57,447 nt of DNA from an uncultured Eubacteriales bacterium (GCA_900318765.1 ONLX01000025.1:1-57447); one strand, 5' to 3'. Numbered from the stretch's first letter, positions 37,533 to 47,017 are shown. The notes: generated by a model from the sequence alone, not told the origin. A program made the numbers and translations.

Positions 37533-38914
37533 TCCGCAGCGCCCCCTTTCCGCGTTGCGGCAAACAGCTCCGCGTAGTGCTCCGCAAGGCCTTCGCCGCC
37601 CTCCTCCTTCTGATTGATCGACATGAGGATTCCCTCCATCGTGTCCTTATGGAAAAACGCTTTCGCTTCGTCCGGCGTTCCGTAGAACGTCAGGCGGCCG
37701 GTTCTTTGCGAATCCTTGCCGAGAATGATAACGCGGTCAAACAGATCGATCACGCGATCCGGCGTATGCGTAATGACGATGACGATCTTTCCGTCGTCCG
37801 CAATCGTGCGCAGTTTTTGGAAAATCTCCCGCGCAATAATGCCGTCCAATCCGGAATCCGGCTCGTCCAGAACGAACAGTTCCGGATCCGAAACGAGCTC
37901 CATCGCAATCGCGATCCGGCGAAGCTGACCGCCCGACTTTTTGGAGACGAGCCCCTCGCTTCCGGACGAAAGTCCCAAAAGCGCCAGAACTTCGTTGACC
38001 CGCTCGATCCGATCCTTTGTTTTTACCGATTTGGGAAGCCGCATCTCGGCCGCGTCGTCCACCGTGTACAGCACGGTATCGTTGCCCCGCATCAGGTTTT
38101 GCTGCGGAACAAATCCGATCCGATACTTCATATCCGCACCGTCGTGATACACATCCCTTCCGTTCAGAACGATCTTCGCATCGGCTTTTTCGTAGCCGAT
38201 GACCGCATTCACAAACGTCGTCTTACCGGCGCCGGATCCGCCGAGCAGCAGCACCATCGAACCGTTCGGCACGGTCATCGCGATATCGCGAAGCAGATGA
38301 TGTGTTTTCCCGAATTCCCGCACCTTGCGTTCCCGGATGTTCACATAAAGACCCGTCTTCGGAATCGTATCCGTTGTCTCCGAATCGGGCACGATCGCCT
38401 TGGACTCCGCTTCCGCCCGTTCCTCTGCCGCCTGTTCCGCTTCGGCCTTTTGCAAGAACTCCGCCTTGGGCTGATATTTTTTCCCGAATCCCAGGATCAG
38501 TATGGTGAGCGATTCAAGCAGGAGGAAGAACACAATCCAGTAATTCTTCCGTTCAAAGACCCGCAGAATCCGCATGAACAAACGAATGCGGAACACAAAG
38601 AGCGCGATATACACGACAAAGTGCAGCAGCATAATCGCAACGGACCAGCCTTGCGACGTCGCATCTACGTTGATCAACGAAATTGCCAGATTCAGCACGT
38701 CGAGCACGCCGCACAGGATGCCGTCAATCGTGTGCTCCAGGGCATTTCCGAGCGCAAAAAAGCGCGCTCCCGGGATCCAGGCCATCCACACGTTCTTCCA
38801 ATGCAGCTTCTTCAGGATTTTCCTTAGGCCAAGCGAAAACAGAAACCATGTGAAAAGAACCTGTGCAGCAGACAGCAGAATGCCGACCCATATCACGGTG
38901 TTTTGCGTATCCAT
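37529..38914 (-). CDS. ABC ATP-binding protein with an N-terminal membrane domain
   Basis: N-terminal TMs with WMAWIP; GGSGAGKT, KSGGQ, FVLDEPDSGLD, ITH. Confidence 0.85.
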   Translation of the reverse strand: MDTQNTVIWVGILLSAAQVLFTWFLFSLGLRKILKKLHWKNVWMAWIPGARFFALGNALEHTIDGILCGVLDVLNLAISLINVDATSQGWSVAIMLLHFVVYIALFVFRIRLFMRILRVFERKNYWIVFFLLLESLTILILGFGKKYQPKAEFLQKAEAEQAAEERAEAESKAIVPDSETTDTIPKTGLYVNIRERKVREFGKTHHLLRDIAMTVPNGSMVLLLGGSGAGKTTFVNAVIGYEKADAKIVLNGRDVYHDGADMKYRIGFVPQQNLMRGNDTVLYTVDDAAEMRLPKSVKTKDRIERVNEVLALLGLSSGSEGLVSKKSGGQLRRIAIAMELVSDPELFVLDEPDSGLDGIIAREIFQKLRTIADDGKIVIVITHTPDRVIDLFDRVIILGKDSQRTGRLTFYGTPDEAKAFFHKDTMEGILMSINQKEEGGEGLAEHYAELFAATRKGGAAE

Positions 38915-38954
38915 CAAGTAACCTCCTAACCTCCTTGCCGGAATCCGTCCGGCT

Positions 38955-40622
38955 TTAAAACAAACTGTGTATGCCCCAGATCATCAGCCCGACCGTGAGC
39001 GCAAGGATCAACAGCACCTTTCCGATCGATCGGTACACAAACGGTACGCGATAATCCATCGTCGCATAAGACGGATTGATCCGGTATCGCAACAGCGGAG
39101 CAAGCAGCTTTCGCTGTTCTCCCCTCAGGTCCCGTTCCGTCCGCGGCTTCCTGCAAAGCACCATCGTCTCCCGCGTGGTTCCGTCGTACGGCGGCCACAA
39201 AAGCTCCGGCGTTCCGGGATCCCCGTCTGTTGCAAACTTCGCCCAAATCTGCATCACCCGCTTCGCAAGCTCGCGGTTGGCCGGTTCCCCCGTATAGACC
39301 GTATCCTCCGTGTTGCCGAACACGTACGCAAGCTCCGCCGCGTGACAGGCGCCGTATTGCCATAGCTTGCTCGGCTGCATCCAGTAGTACAGGAAGACCT
39401 TCCCGCCATGCGCGGCATGCTGCTCGGCCTGCTCGATCGCAGGGAGCCGGAACATCATCTCGGTATAAAACGCGCTGAGCTTCCAGATCCAATGCCCCGC
39501 TTCGCTCCGCAAAAACCGCCTCGCGCGTGCCCGATCCTCCTTCGGAAGCTTTTTGAGATCGTTCTCAAACTTGATCGGAATCCCAAACCCAAACGGAATG
39601 ATTCCGCCGATCTCGCCGATCCAGTAATTCATCTCGTCTGCGTTCGTTCCGATCATCATGTCCACATCCGCCGTCACGCCGTTCCGATACGGTTCGTATG
39701 CGTCCTCCGGGATCAGCTTGCCGTCGCGCTGCGGAAAGTTGTTGTACGGATTCAGCGGCTCATTGATTCGCATCAGCTCCGCTTCCGAAAGCGCGCATAG
39801 ATCGTCCATCGTTTTGGCTCCGCTCGTTTTCAAAAGCCGTCTTGTGAACTCCCGGCACTCCTCCTTCGAAAACGTCAGCGCAACCGAACCGCTTTCGGCA
39901 ATCACCCGTCGGAACAGCCCCTTCGCCTCGGGAATGCACGGCAGCAGCGAAACGCTCCCGCCGCCCGCCGATTCCCCGAAGATCGTGATGTTCTCCGGAT
40001 CGCCTCCGAACGCCGCCGCATTCCGTTTCACCCAGCGCAGCGCCTCGATCTGATCGTACAGGCCGAGGTTCGGCGCGTCCGAATAGGCTTCTCCGCCCGG
40101 GACTTCGGAAAAATCGACAAATCCCATCAGCCCGACGCGATAGCCGACCGTGATCAAAACGATCCCCGGCTGTTCGGTCACGAAGTTCGTTCCGTCGTAC
40201 ATCGGATCCGCCGTTCCGCCCCATCCGTAGGCCCCGCCGTGGAAGAACACCATCACGGGCTTGTGCGCATCGAGGCAGGTACGATTTTTCCATACGTTCA
40301 GGTACAGGCAATCCTCCCCCTGAGGATAAAAGGAAGCTCGCTCGGTCGGCCATTCGCTCTGAATCGGCGATCGCCCGTTGTAGTACGCTTCCGAAACGGC
40401 ATCCGATTCCGGAACAGGCTCCGGCTTTTTCCACCGCAGCGCGCCGACCGGCGGTACGGCAAACGGGATGCCATAAAACACATCGATCGTTCCGTTCGTT
40501 TTGCCCACGAACGTTCCGTTGTGGCACCGCGCAGCAAGTGCGGGATCATATTCTCCCGAGATCGCCCTGTTGACGCCGAACGTCTTTCGGATGCGTTCCC
40601 GTTCCGTTTGCTTTCTGTTCAT
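38955..40622 (-). CDS. Type-B carboxylesterase with a C-terminal hydrophobic anchor
   Basis: GIPFA, EDCLYLNVW, HGGAY, FGESAGG (Ser), GTNADE (Glu), ACHAAEL (His). Confidence 0.92.
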   Translation of the reverse strand: MNRKQTERERIRKTFGVNRAISGEYDPALAARCHNGTFVGKTNGTIDVFYGIPFAVPPVGALRWKKPEPVPESDAVSEAYYNGRSPIQSEWPTERASFYPQGEDCLYLNVWKNRTCLDAHKPVMVFFHGGAYGWGGTADPMYDGTNFVTEQPGIVLITVGYRVGLMGFVDFSEVPGGEAYSDAPNLGLYDQIEALRWVKRNAAAFGGDPENITIFGESAGGGSVSLLPCIPEAKGLFRRVIAESGSVALTFSKEECREFTRRLLKTSGAKTMDDLCALSEAELMRINEPLNPYNNFPQRDGKLIPEDAYEPYRNGVTADVDMMIGTNADEMNYWIGEIGGIIPFGFGIPIKFENDLKKLPKEDRARARRFLRSEAGHWIWKLSAFYTEMMFRLPAIEQAEQHAAHGGKVFLYYWMQPSKLWQYGACHAAELAYVFGNTEDTVYTGEPANRELAKRVMQIWAKFATDGDPGTPELLWPPYDGTTRETMVLCRKPRTERDLRGEQRKLLAPLLRYRINPSYATMDYRVPFVYRSIGKVLLILALTVGLMIWGIHSLF

Positions 40623-40630
40623 CGACTTCC

Positions 40631-43621
40631 TTATTTCTTTCTGCGGAACATGCCCACAATTTTCGCGAAGAAATTCTGTTTGTCCTCAATCTTGCGCCGC
40701 AGTTCTCCGACCGTCAGATCCGTTTGAGACGTGTTCGTAGCGATCGCCTGCGCAACGTGCACAAAGATGTCCTTGAATCGTTCGATGCTCGCATCCTCAT
40801 AGCGGCTCGCCGCGTAATCGATCATCAGGATGAGCCCTTCCGCGCCGTCCAAGATTTCCATATCCAGAATCGTCTGCGACGCGGCCTGGTTCTGCCGGAT
40901 CTCGACGGTCTCAACGTTCATGCCCTCCAGACCGCCCATATCGCGGATATCCTGCTGATACAGCAGGTACGCGGATTCGCCGTTTGCAACCTGGTTGTTG
41001 AGATCCACAAACGGATAGCAGCTGTGCTCAATGCCCTTCTGCACCTGTTCGTGCACGTCGCCGAACAGATCGCGCACGGTGCGGTTGTCGTTCAGCCGAA
41101 CGCCGATCGGCAGATCGCGGAACAATAGACCGACGCTGGACATCATCTGCATATCCTCCCGTCCGTTGTAAATCCACGAGAGCTTGATGTCGTTTTTCCG
41201 ATTGTAATACGAGATCGCAAGCGCGGCCACCGAGATAAAGAACTCGTTCCGGCTGATGCGGTACCGCTTTTCGATCGCGTTCATCTGCCCCTGTTCGAGC
41301 CCGAGCTCGGCAAACAGCTCGCCCATCTCATTCTCGCGCGATTGATGATCGATCTTCGGATGGCTCGACCATTCGACGCCGTTGAACAGCGTTTCAAAGT
41401 AGCGTTTGCTCTCCTCGTAGAACGGCGTATGCACCGCCTCTTCCCGTTGCTGCAGCATCAGGTAATAGAAATCGGGATCCGGCTGCATGCCCATATAGAG
41501 TTTTCCGACGTTGCCCATGAACACCTTCAGCGACGTTCCGTCGAACAGCGTATGATGCACGTCGAAGAACACATACCCGTTCTTCTCCGTTTCGAAGACC
41601 CGGCAGCGATAGAGCCGCCCGCCGATGATCTTGAACGGCTGTACGAGCGTATCCTTGATGCTCTCAAACTCGAATTCGCTGATCTTCTCAACCCGGATTT
41701 CCTCCAAGTTCTCCGGTGTGTACCGCTGCACGATCTCGCCGTCGTCATTGAAGCGGAACGTCGTCAAAATTGCCGGATGATTCCGGATCGCCGTCTGCAG
41801 CGCGTTCGCCAGCTTCTTTAAATCGAACAGCTCTTTATCGATCTTGAGCATCGAGAACAGGTTGTACATCGTGGATTTCGGCGTGTAGAGCTGATAGTCC
41901 ACCATATAGAGCTGCTCCGTCGTCAACGGATGCTCGGTTTTCAAGGCGCTTGCGTTCTTGCTCTCGGGCGATTCGCCGTCGTAGTTCGCGCGTGACGCTT
42001 CATACAGCTTGGCAATCTTTTCGGGCGTGCGACCGCGGAAGATCTCGCTCGCGTTGAGACCGGGCAGCTCGCTCTCCACGATGACCTGGATCGATCCGAG
42101 TGAATCGCCGCCCATCTCGTAAAAGTCGTCGTGAATGCCGACCTGCTCGAGCCGGAGCACCGTCTCCATCGCATGACAGAGCTTTTGTTCGGTCTCGTTC
42201 GTCGGCGCGACATAATCGGTCTTGAAATCCTTCGTGTCGGGCTTCGGGAGCGCCTTCCGGTCGAGCTTGCCGTTTGCCTTCAAAGGCACCTGATCGATAT
42301 GGATATAGTAGGCCGGAATCATGTAGTACGGCAGTCGCTTCATCAGCTCCCGGCGCATCGCCTCCGGGTCCACCGGAACATCGGCCGTGTAGTACGCGCA
42401 AAGATAGCTCTTGCCGTTCTCCTCAAAGCCGCGCGCCGCCGCCCAGTCGATCCCAAGCGTTTGCTTCACGGCCGCCTCAATCTCCGCAGGCTCGATCCGA
42501 TTCCCGTTGATCTTGATCATATCGCCGCTGCGGCCGAGCAAAACGAAGTTTCCGTTCTCATCGCGCCGCGCAAGGTCGCCCGTGTGATAGACGCCGTTCA
42601 CGAATGCCTTCTTTGTCTCCTCGGGCAGATGGATATAGCCGCGCACATAGGGATTCTCAAAGCAGAGCTCGCCCATCTCGCCGTCGGCCACCTCGTTTCC
42701 GTCCTCGCCGATCAACCAGATCTTTGTTTCAACCTCCGGCTTGCCGATCGGGCAGGTTTCATAGGCCCGGTCGATCGGGAATACGCCGACCGCGAACCCG
42801 CTCTCCGAAGCCGCATAGATGTTGATCAGCTCAAGATTCTTGTTGTACAGGTTGTTGGCCGGTTCACTGCCGACGAACAGCATCCGCAGGAACGGTCCGG
42901 TCTGGTTGCCGAGCATCCGGACGTAAGACGGCGTCAAAAACGTGATGGTGATGCGCTTTTCGATAAAGAACATCTTGAGCGCCATCGGGTTCTTGATCGT
43001 TGCGTAGCTGACGATATACATGCGCCCGCCGCAGATGCTGAGCGTTTTGAGCACGACGATGACCGACGCGACAAAGTTCATCGGCGCAAGCAGCGCGAGC
43101 CGGTCCGACCCGTCAAACGGGGTCACGCCGTTTACGCGAATGGAATCGATCGCGCGGGAAAGGTTGCCGTATTCGTGCAGCACGCCCTTGGGGTTCCCGG
43201 TCGTTCCGGAGGTATAGATCGCATACGCAGCGTCATGCGGATCCGCCTGCTCGTACCCCGCAAGTGGAGTGCTGTTCATCACTTCGTCCCAGTTGGCCGC
43301 AGAAAGCTCCAGTTTGCACCCGCAGTCGGAACGAATATACGCAATCCGCTCCGGGGCGTACGTATCCTCCACGAGCGCCCATGCCGCGCCGGCTTTCCAT
43401 ACGCCAATCATCGCGACGACCGGCAGAACGCCGCGCGGCAGATTGATCAGAACAAAATCCTCCCTGCCGACGCCATGCGCTTTCAGATACGCGTACACGC
43501 GCCCGGTCATTTCATCGAGCTGCGCGTACGAAATGCCTTTGGAATGCGCTTCGTCGAACAAAATCGGCATTGCGGCATGCTCCGCCGTATACCGCTCCAG
43601 CAAAGAAAGAATGGTTTCCAT
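40631..43621 (-). CDS. Stand-alone NRPS module A-T-C
   Basis: A: YTSGTTGNPKG, YHTGDL, IKINGNRIE, NGKLDR; T: DFYEMGGDSL; C: HHTLFDG; no TE or reductase domain. Confidence 0.92.
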   Translation of the reverse strand: METILSLLERYTAEHAAMPILFDEAHSKGISYAQLDEMTGRVYAYLKAHGVGREDFVLINLPRGVLPVVAMIGVWKAGAAWALVEDTYAPERIAYIRSDCGCKLELSAANWDEVMNSTPLAGYEQADPHDAAYAIYTSGTTGNPKGVLHEYGNLSRAIDSIRVNGVTPFDGSDRLALLAPMNFVASVIVVLKTLSICGGRMYIVSYATIKNPMALKMFFIEKRITITFLTPSYVRMLGNQTGPFLRMLFVGSEPANNLYNKNLELINIYAASESGFAVGVFPIDRAYETCPIGKPEVETKIWLIGEDGNEVADGEMGELCFENPYVRGYIHLPEETKKAFVNGVYHTGDLARRDENGNFVLLGRSGDMIKINGNRIEPAEIEAAVKQTLGIDWAAARGFEENGKSYLCAYYTADVPVDPEAMRRELMKRLPYYMIPAYYIHIDQVPLKANGKLDRKALPKPDTKDFKTDYVAPTNETEQKLCHAMETVLRLEQVGIHDDFYEMGGDSLGSIQVIVESELPGLNASEIFRGRTPEKIAKLYEASRANYDGESPESKNASALKTEHPLTTEQLYMVDYQLYTPKSTMYNLFSMLKIDKELFDLKKLANALQTAIRNHPAILTTFRFNDDGEIVQRYTPENLEEIRVEKISEFEFESIKDTLVQPFKIIGGRLYRCRVFETEKNGYVFFDVHHTLFDGTSLKVFMGNVGKLYMGMQPDPDFYYLMLQQREEAVHTPFYEESKRYFETLFNGVEWSSHPKIDHQSRENEMGELFAELGLEQGQMNAIEKRYRISRNEFFISVAALAISYYNRKNDIKLSWIYNGREDMQMMSSVGLLFRDLPIGVRLNDNRTVRDLFGDVHEQVQKGIEHSCYPFVDLNNQVANGESAYLLYQQDIRDMGGLEGMNVETVEIRQNQAASQTILDMEILDGAEGLILMIDYAASRYEDASIERFKDIFVHVAQAIATNTSQTDLTVGELRRKIEDKQNFFAKIVGMFRRKK

Positions 43622-43633
43622 GGTGCCTCCCCG

Positions 43634-43930
43634 TTACTCGATCGTCAAAAAATCTGTAAACCCGGTAACCTCGAATATATCCATAATCGTCTCGTTCACG
43701 TGCAGAAGTTTCATGCCGCCCCGCTGCTGCATCACTTTTTTTGCAACAAGCAGCACGCGAAGCCCTGCGGATGAGATGTATTCGAGTTTTTCAAAGTCAA
43801 GCACAAGCGTTTCCACGCCGCTTAGCGCGTCCTTCAGCTCCGCTTCAAGCACCGGTGCGCTGATTGTATCCAGTCTGCCTTTGAGGGCAAGCACCCGTTC
43901 GGTTCCGTTCTTCGTGGATTGGATGTTCAT
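43634..43930 (-). CDS. STAS domain protein (anti-sigma factor antagonist type)
   Basis: GRLDT, LDFEKLEYISSAGLRVL, IFEVTGF. Confidence 0.92.
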   Translation of the reverse strand: MNIQSTKNGTERVLALKGRLDTISAPVLEAELKDALSGVETLVLDFEKLEYISSAGLRVLLVAKKVMQQRGGMKLLHVNETIMDIFEVTGFTDFLTIE

Positions 43931-43963
43931 GCGTTGGTCTCCTTATGAATAATTAATCAATTT

Positions 43964-43993
43964 ATTATACCATCGTGATTCCCCCGAATGCAA
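43964..43993 (-). promoter_or_regulatory. Promoter TTGCAT-18-TATAAT (TG extension) for the STAS-NRPS operon
   Basis: Hexamers at 43988-43993 and 43964-43969. Confidence 0.6.
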
Positions 43994-44029
43994 TATCCCG
44001 TCCTTTTTTTTCGATCGCAGTTTTTTTTC

Positions 44030-44057
44030 TTGACATCTTTTTCAAATATGATAGTAT
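44030..44057 (+). promoter_or_regulatory. Promoter TTGACA-16-TAGTAT (TG extension)
   Basis: Upstream of AAAGGA and ATG 44088. Confidence 0.55.
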
Positions 44058-44087
44058 TTAGGAAGAAAAACAGAAAGGACCAGAATC

Positions 44088-44894
44088 ATGGAAAATTTTG
44101 CGAGCATTCTCTCGGAACTGTTCGACGGCGCGCCGATCGGGCTTGTCGTTGCATACATCATCGTCAGCATCCTCGTCGTCGTTATGGCGATCGTTGCGCT
44201 GGTCATGAAGATCTTAATCGCGGTTCGCTATTGGAAAGCGAACAAGATGCCGATTTCCACCGGTATGACCGGTGCGGACGCGGCGCGCTATGTGCTCGAT
44301 AAGGACGGGCTCACGCACATCAAAGTCAAAAAAGCCGGCTTTATCCGCGGCGCGCTTTTCGGCAACTACTACAACATCTTTACGAAGACGATCTACCTTC
44401 GCAGCATCCTGTTCAAGATCGACGATAAGAAATCCGTCACCGCAACCGCGCTTGCCGTTCAGAAGGCCGGCCTTGCCAAGCTTTGTGAGGAAGGCGATCC
44501 CGCAACCGTAACGCGCAACCGCCTGTCGGTCATCGGCGTCTTCGGCCCGCTGCTCTTCATCCCGGTTCTTTTGATCGGCGTTATCATCGATTTTGTCGTG
44601 CTGCAGGGCAGCATGGTCTTCTCCTCGATCGCTCTGGTACTCAGCGGCTTGCTGCTCGTTGCGGGCTTTATCGTCACGCTTCTGAACATTCCGGTCGAAA
44701 AGAAAGCCAACGATCGCGCGTTGGAGATGATCGAGAAGTACGGCCTCGCCACCGGCGATGAGCTGAAGGGGATGAAGAAGGTCTTCGATACCTACATCAT
44801 CTCGTACGTTTGCGACTTCATCCTCGAAGTGCTCCGTGTCATCCAGTGGATCCTGGAGATTCTCATCAAAGTCTTCGGCAAGCACAGCAACTGA
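44088..44894 (+). CDS. YugP-like membrane zinc metallopeptidase homologue lacking HExxH
   Basis: GMTGADAARYVL, NYYN..KTIYL, IPVE..A..RAL, YI..Y pattern; expected HExGH reads QKAGL. Confidence 0.72.
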   Translation: MENFASILSELFDGAPIGLVVAYIIVSILVVVMAIVALVMKILIAVRYWKANKMPISTGMTGADAARYVLDKDGLTHIKVKKAGFIRGALFGNYYNIFTKTIYLRSILFKIDDKKSVTATALAVQKAGLAKLCEEGDPATVTRNRLSVIGVFGPLLFIPVLLIGVIIDFVVLQGSMVFSSIALVLSGLLLVAGFIVTLLNIPVEKKANDRALEMIEKYGLATGDELKGMKKVFDTYIISYVCDFILEVLRVIQWILEILIKVFGKHSN

Positions 44895-44907
44895 TTCGTT
44901 TGGACAC

Positions 44908-44943
44908 AAACAGCCCGATCCGTTCGGATCGGGCTGTTTTTTT
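44908..44943. terminator. Bidirectional terminator
   Basis: AAACAGCCCGATCCG-TT-CGGATCGGGCTGTTT. Confidence 0.85.
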
Positions 44944-44946
44944 CGT

Positions 44947-46236
44947 TCAATTTTGCGGCAGCGACGCTTCAATCGTCAGCGATGCCCCGTCCTCAGAGAA
45001 CGCATGAATCTTCCCTTTGTGCGCTTCCACGACCGCCTTTGCCACCGAAAGCCCAAGCCCGAATCCACCCGCCGCGGAATTGCGCGACGCGTCAGCGCGG
45101 TAGAATCGGTCAAACAGCCGATCCGCATTGCCCTTTTGGACCTGTTCCGCCGTGTTGTAAACGGACAGCCGTATCTGCTTGCCTTCCTTTTGGAGTCTCA
45201 GGCGGATCACGCCTCCCTCCGGCGAATATTTCAGCGCGTTATCGAGCAGCACCGAAACGCATTTGCGGATGGCCTTCTCGTCGCCGGAAAGCGTCAGCAT
45301 CGGCTGCAGGGATACGTCAAACGTTTTGTTCTGCGATTTTGCGACGGCAAAAAACGATTGCGCCATCTCGGAAACGACGTCGGTCAGCGGGAATTCGATC
45401 ATCTGAACCGGAACGTCCTCCTCCATGCGGGACAGGTAGATCAGGTCGTTCGTCAATACCGTCAGCCGCTGCGTCTGCGTACGAATATCGTCGAGCCATT
45501 CGCTCGGCTGCTCCAGATCCATCTCCAGAACGTCCGCATCGGCATTGATGATCGTGAGCGGCGTCTTGAGCTCATGCCCGGCGTCCGTGATGAATCGCTT
45601 CTGCTTTTCATAGCTCTCGGCGATCGGACGGACAATCCGACGCGAGAACAACACGATCAGCAGAAAGACCGCCGTAAGTCCGGCTGCGGAGATGATGCCG
45701 CTGACGAGCAGGAACGTCTGCACCGTCGCAAGCTCGCGGTGACAGCTCAAAAAGATCAGCATCGTTCCGCCGTCCATTTCGGTTCGACGGTATCGATACC
45801 CGTCCGCAAAGCCTCGCCCCCGGCCCTTGGCGAAAACGGACAGCGCAAGCGCGCTCGCTTCCGATTCATCCAGTGCCGCAATGTTTTCGACGTTCAGCGA
45901 TCCGACCGTCCCGTCTTCGTCGATGATCGCCGTAAAGTAGCGCGACTGGAACGGCAGTTCCGCCGAGAGCTCTCGCCGATCCCGGTTTCCGTACAATCGC
46001 CGGCTGGAATCGTCGGAGGAATTGCGCGCGTCGCCCTCCCGCGGCGGCGTGAAGTTCTTGCCCGAAAAGCCCGGAAACCGCCCGCCGTTTTCCGCCAGCA
46101 TGGTCAGCGTGCCGTCCGCATCCGTAACGACGCTGCTGTAATTGAGAACGTTGATCGCGCCGATCAGTATGACGAGCACGAGGAAAACCGACAGGATCGC
46201 GATGCCGATAAACCGCCATTGCAGTTTGCGAATCAT
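44947..46236 (-). CDS. Sensor histidine kinase
   Basis: Two TMs, H-box AGHELKTPL, DNALKY, FDRFYR, GFGLGL. Confidence 0.93.
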   Translation of the reverse strand: MIRKLQWRFIGIAILSVFLVLVILIGAINVLNYSSVVTDADGTLTMLAENGGRFPGFSGKNFTPPREGDARNSSDDSSRRLYGNRDRRELSAELPFQSRYFTAIIDEDGTVGSLNVENIAALDESEASALALSVFAKGRGRGFADGYRYRRTEMDGGTMLIFLSCHRELATVQTFLLVSGIISAAGLTAVFLLIVLFSRRIVRPIAESYEKQKRFITDAGHELKTPLTIINADADVLEMDLEQPSEWLDDIRTQTQRLTVLTNDLIYLSRMEEDVPVQMIEFPLTDVVSEMAQSFFAVAKSQNKTFDVSLQPMLTLSGDEKAIRKCVSVLLDNALKYSPEGGVIRLRLQKEGKQIRLSVYNTAEQVQKGNADRLFDRFYRADASRNSAAGGFGLGLSVAKAVVEAHKGKIHAFSEDGASLTIEASLPQN

Positions 46237-46907
46237 CCCTGCACCTCCAGAAAGTATCCGACGCCGCGCTGCGCCTTGATCTGGACATTCGCGCCGATCG
46301 CCGAAAGCTTCTTTCTTAAATACGAGATATACACCCAGACGACGTTCAGTTCCGCCTCGCTGTCATATCCCCAGATGCGGTCCATGAAGCTCTCCGCCGA
46401 GATCAGTTTTTTCGGGTTGCGCATCAGCATTTCGAGCATCTGGTATTCCTTGTTGGCAAGCTTATAGCTCCCTCCCGGCGCGCTGAGCTCATAGGTCGCC
46501 GCATCGAGCGTAACGTTCCCGACCATGAGCCGCGTATCCGGCTGCACACCCGGGGTACGCGTCATCGCGCGGATCCGCGCCAACAGCTCCTGCATTGCGA
46601 ACGGCTTTGTCAGATAGTCGTTTGCGCCGCTGTCGAGCCCGAGCACGCGGTCCTCGATCTGCGAACGGGCCGTCAGCATCAGCACCGGCGTGCGGTTCCC
46701 CGCCGCTCGCATCCGTTTCAGCACCGTGAACCCGTCCGCTTTGGGCATCATCACGTCGAGAATCACGCCGTCGTAATTACCGGTTTCCAGATAGTCGAGC
46801 GCTTCCTCGCCGTCGTAAACCGCATCGACCGAATAATGATTCTTAACAAGGATCGCCGTAACCGCTTTCGAAAGCGAACGCTCATCCTCTGCAAACAGCA
46901 AGCGCAT
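46233..46907 (-). CDS. OmpR-family response regulator
   Basis: AEDE, ILDVMMP, LTA, DYLTKPF, winged helix VYISYLRKK..RGVGY. Confidence 0.94.
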   Translation of the reverse strand: MRLLFAEDERSLSKAVTAILVKNHYSVDAVYDGEEALDYLETGNYDGVILDVMMPKADGFTVLKRMRAAGNRTPVLMLTARSQIEDRVLGLDSGANDYLTKPFAMQELLARIRAMTRTPGVQPDTRLMVGNVTLDAATYELSAPGGSYKLANKEYQMLEMLMRNPKKLISAESFMDRIWGYDSEAELNVVWVYISYLRKKLSAIGANVQIKAQRGVGYFLEVQG

Positions 46908-46983
46908 GGAGTTTCTCCTCCCTGATCGGATTCTTACCGATACTATACCATACCTATCCCAAGATTGCAAAAAAACTTTTGGC

Positions 46984-47017
46984 TTTTAAGGTAGTTTTAG
47001 GGTTCGCTGCGTAAACT
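46984..47017 (+). promoter_or_regulatory. Tandem 11-bp direct repeat (OmpR-type site) with a -10 element
   Basis: TTTTAAGGTAG TTTTAGGGTTC then TAAACT at 47012-47017; divergent from the regulator. Confidence 0.5.

Noticed and set aside
32531-46467. Long antisense or alternative-frame ORFs (e.g. 32531-34177, 34262-35710, 42131-43774, 44836-46467)
   Set aside because: They overlap well-supported genes, lack motifs and RBSs, and are expected shadows of GC-rich codon usage.
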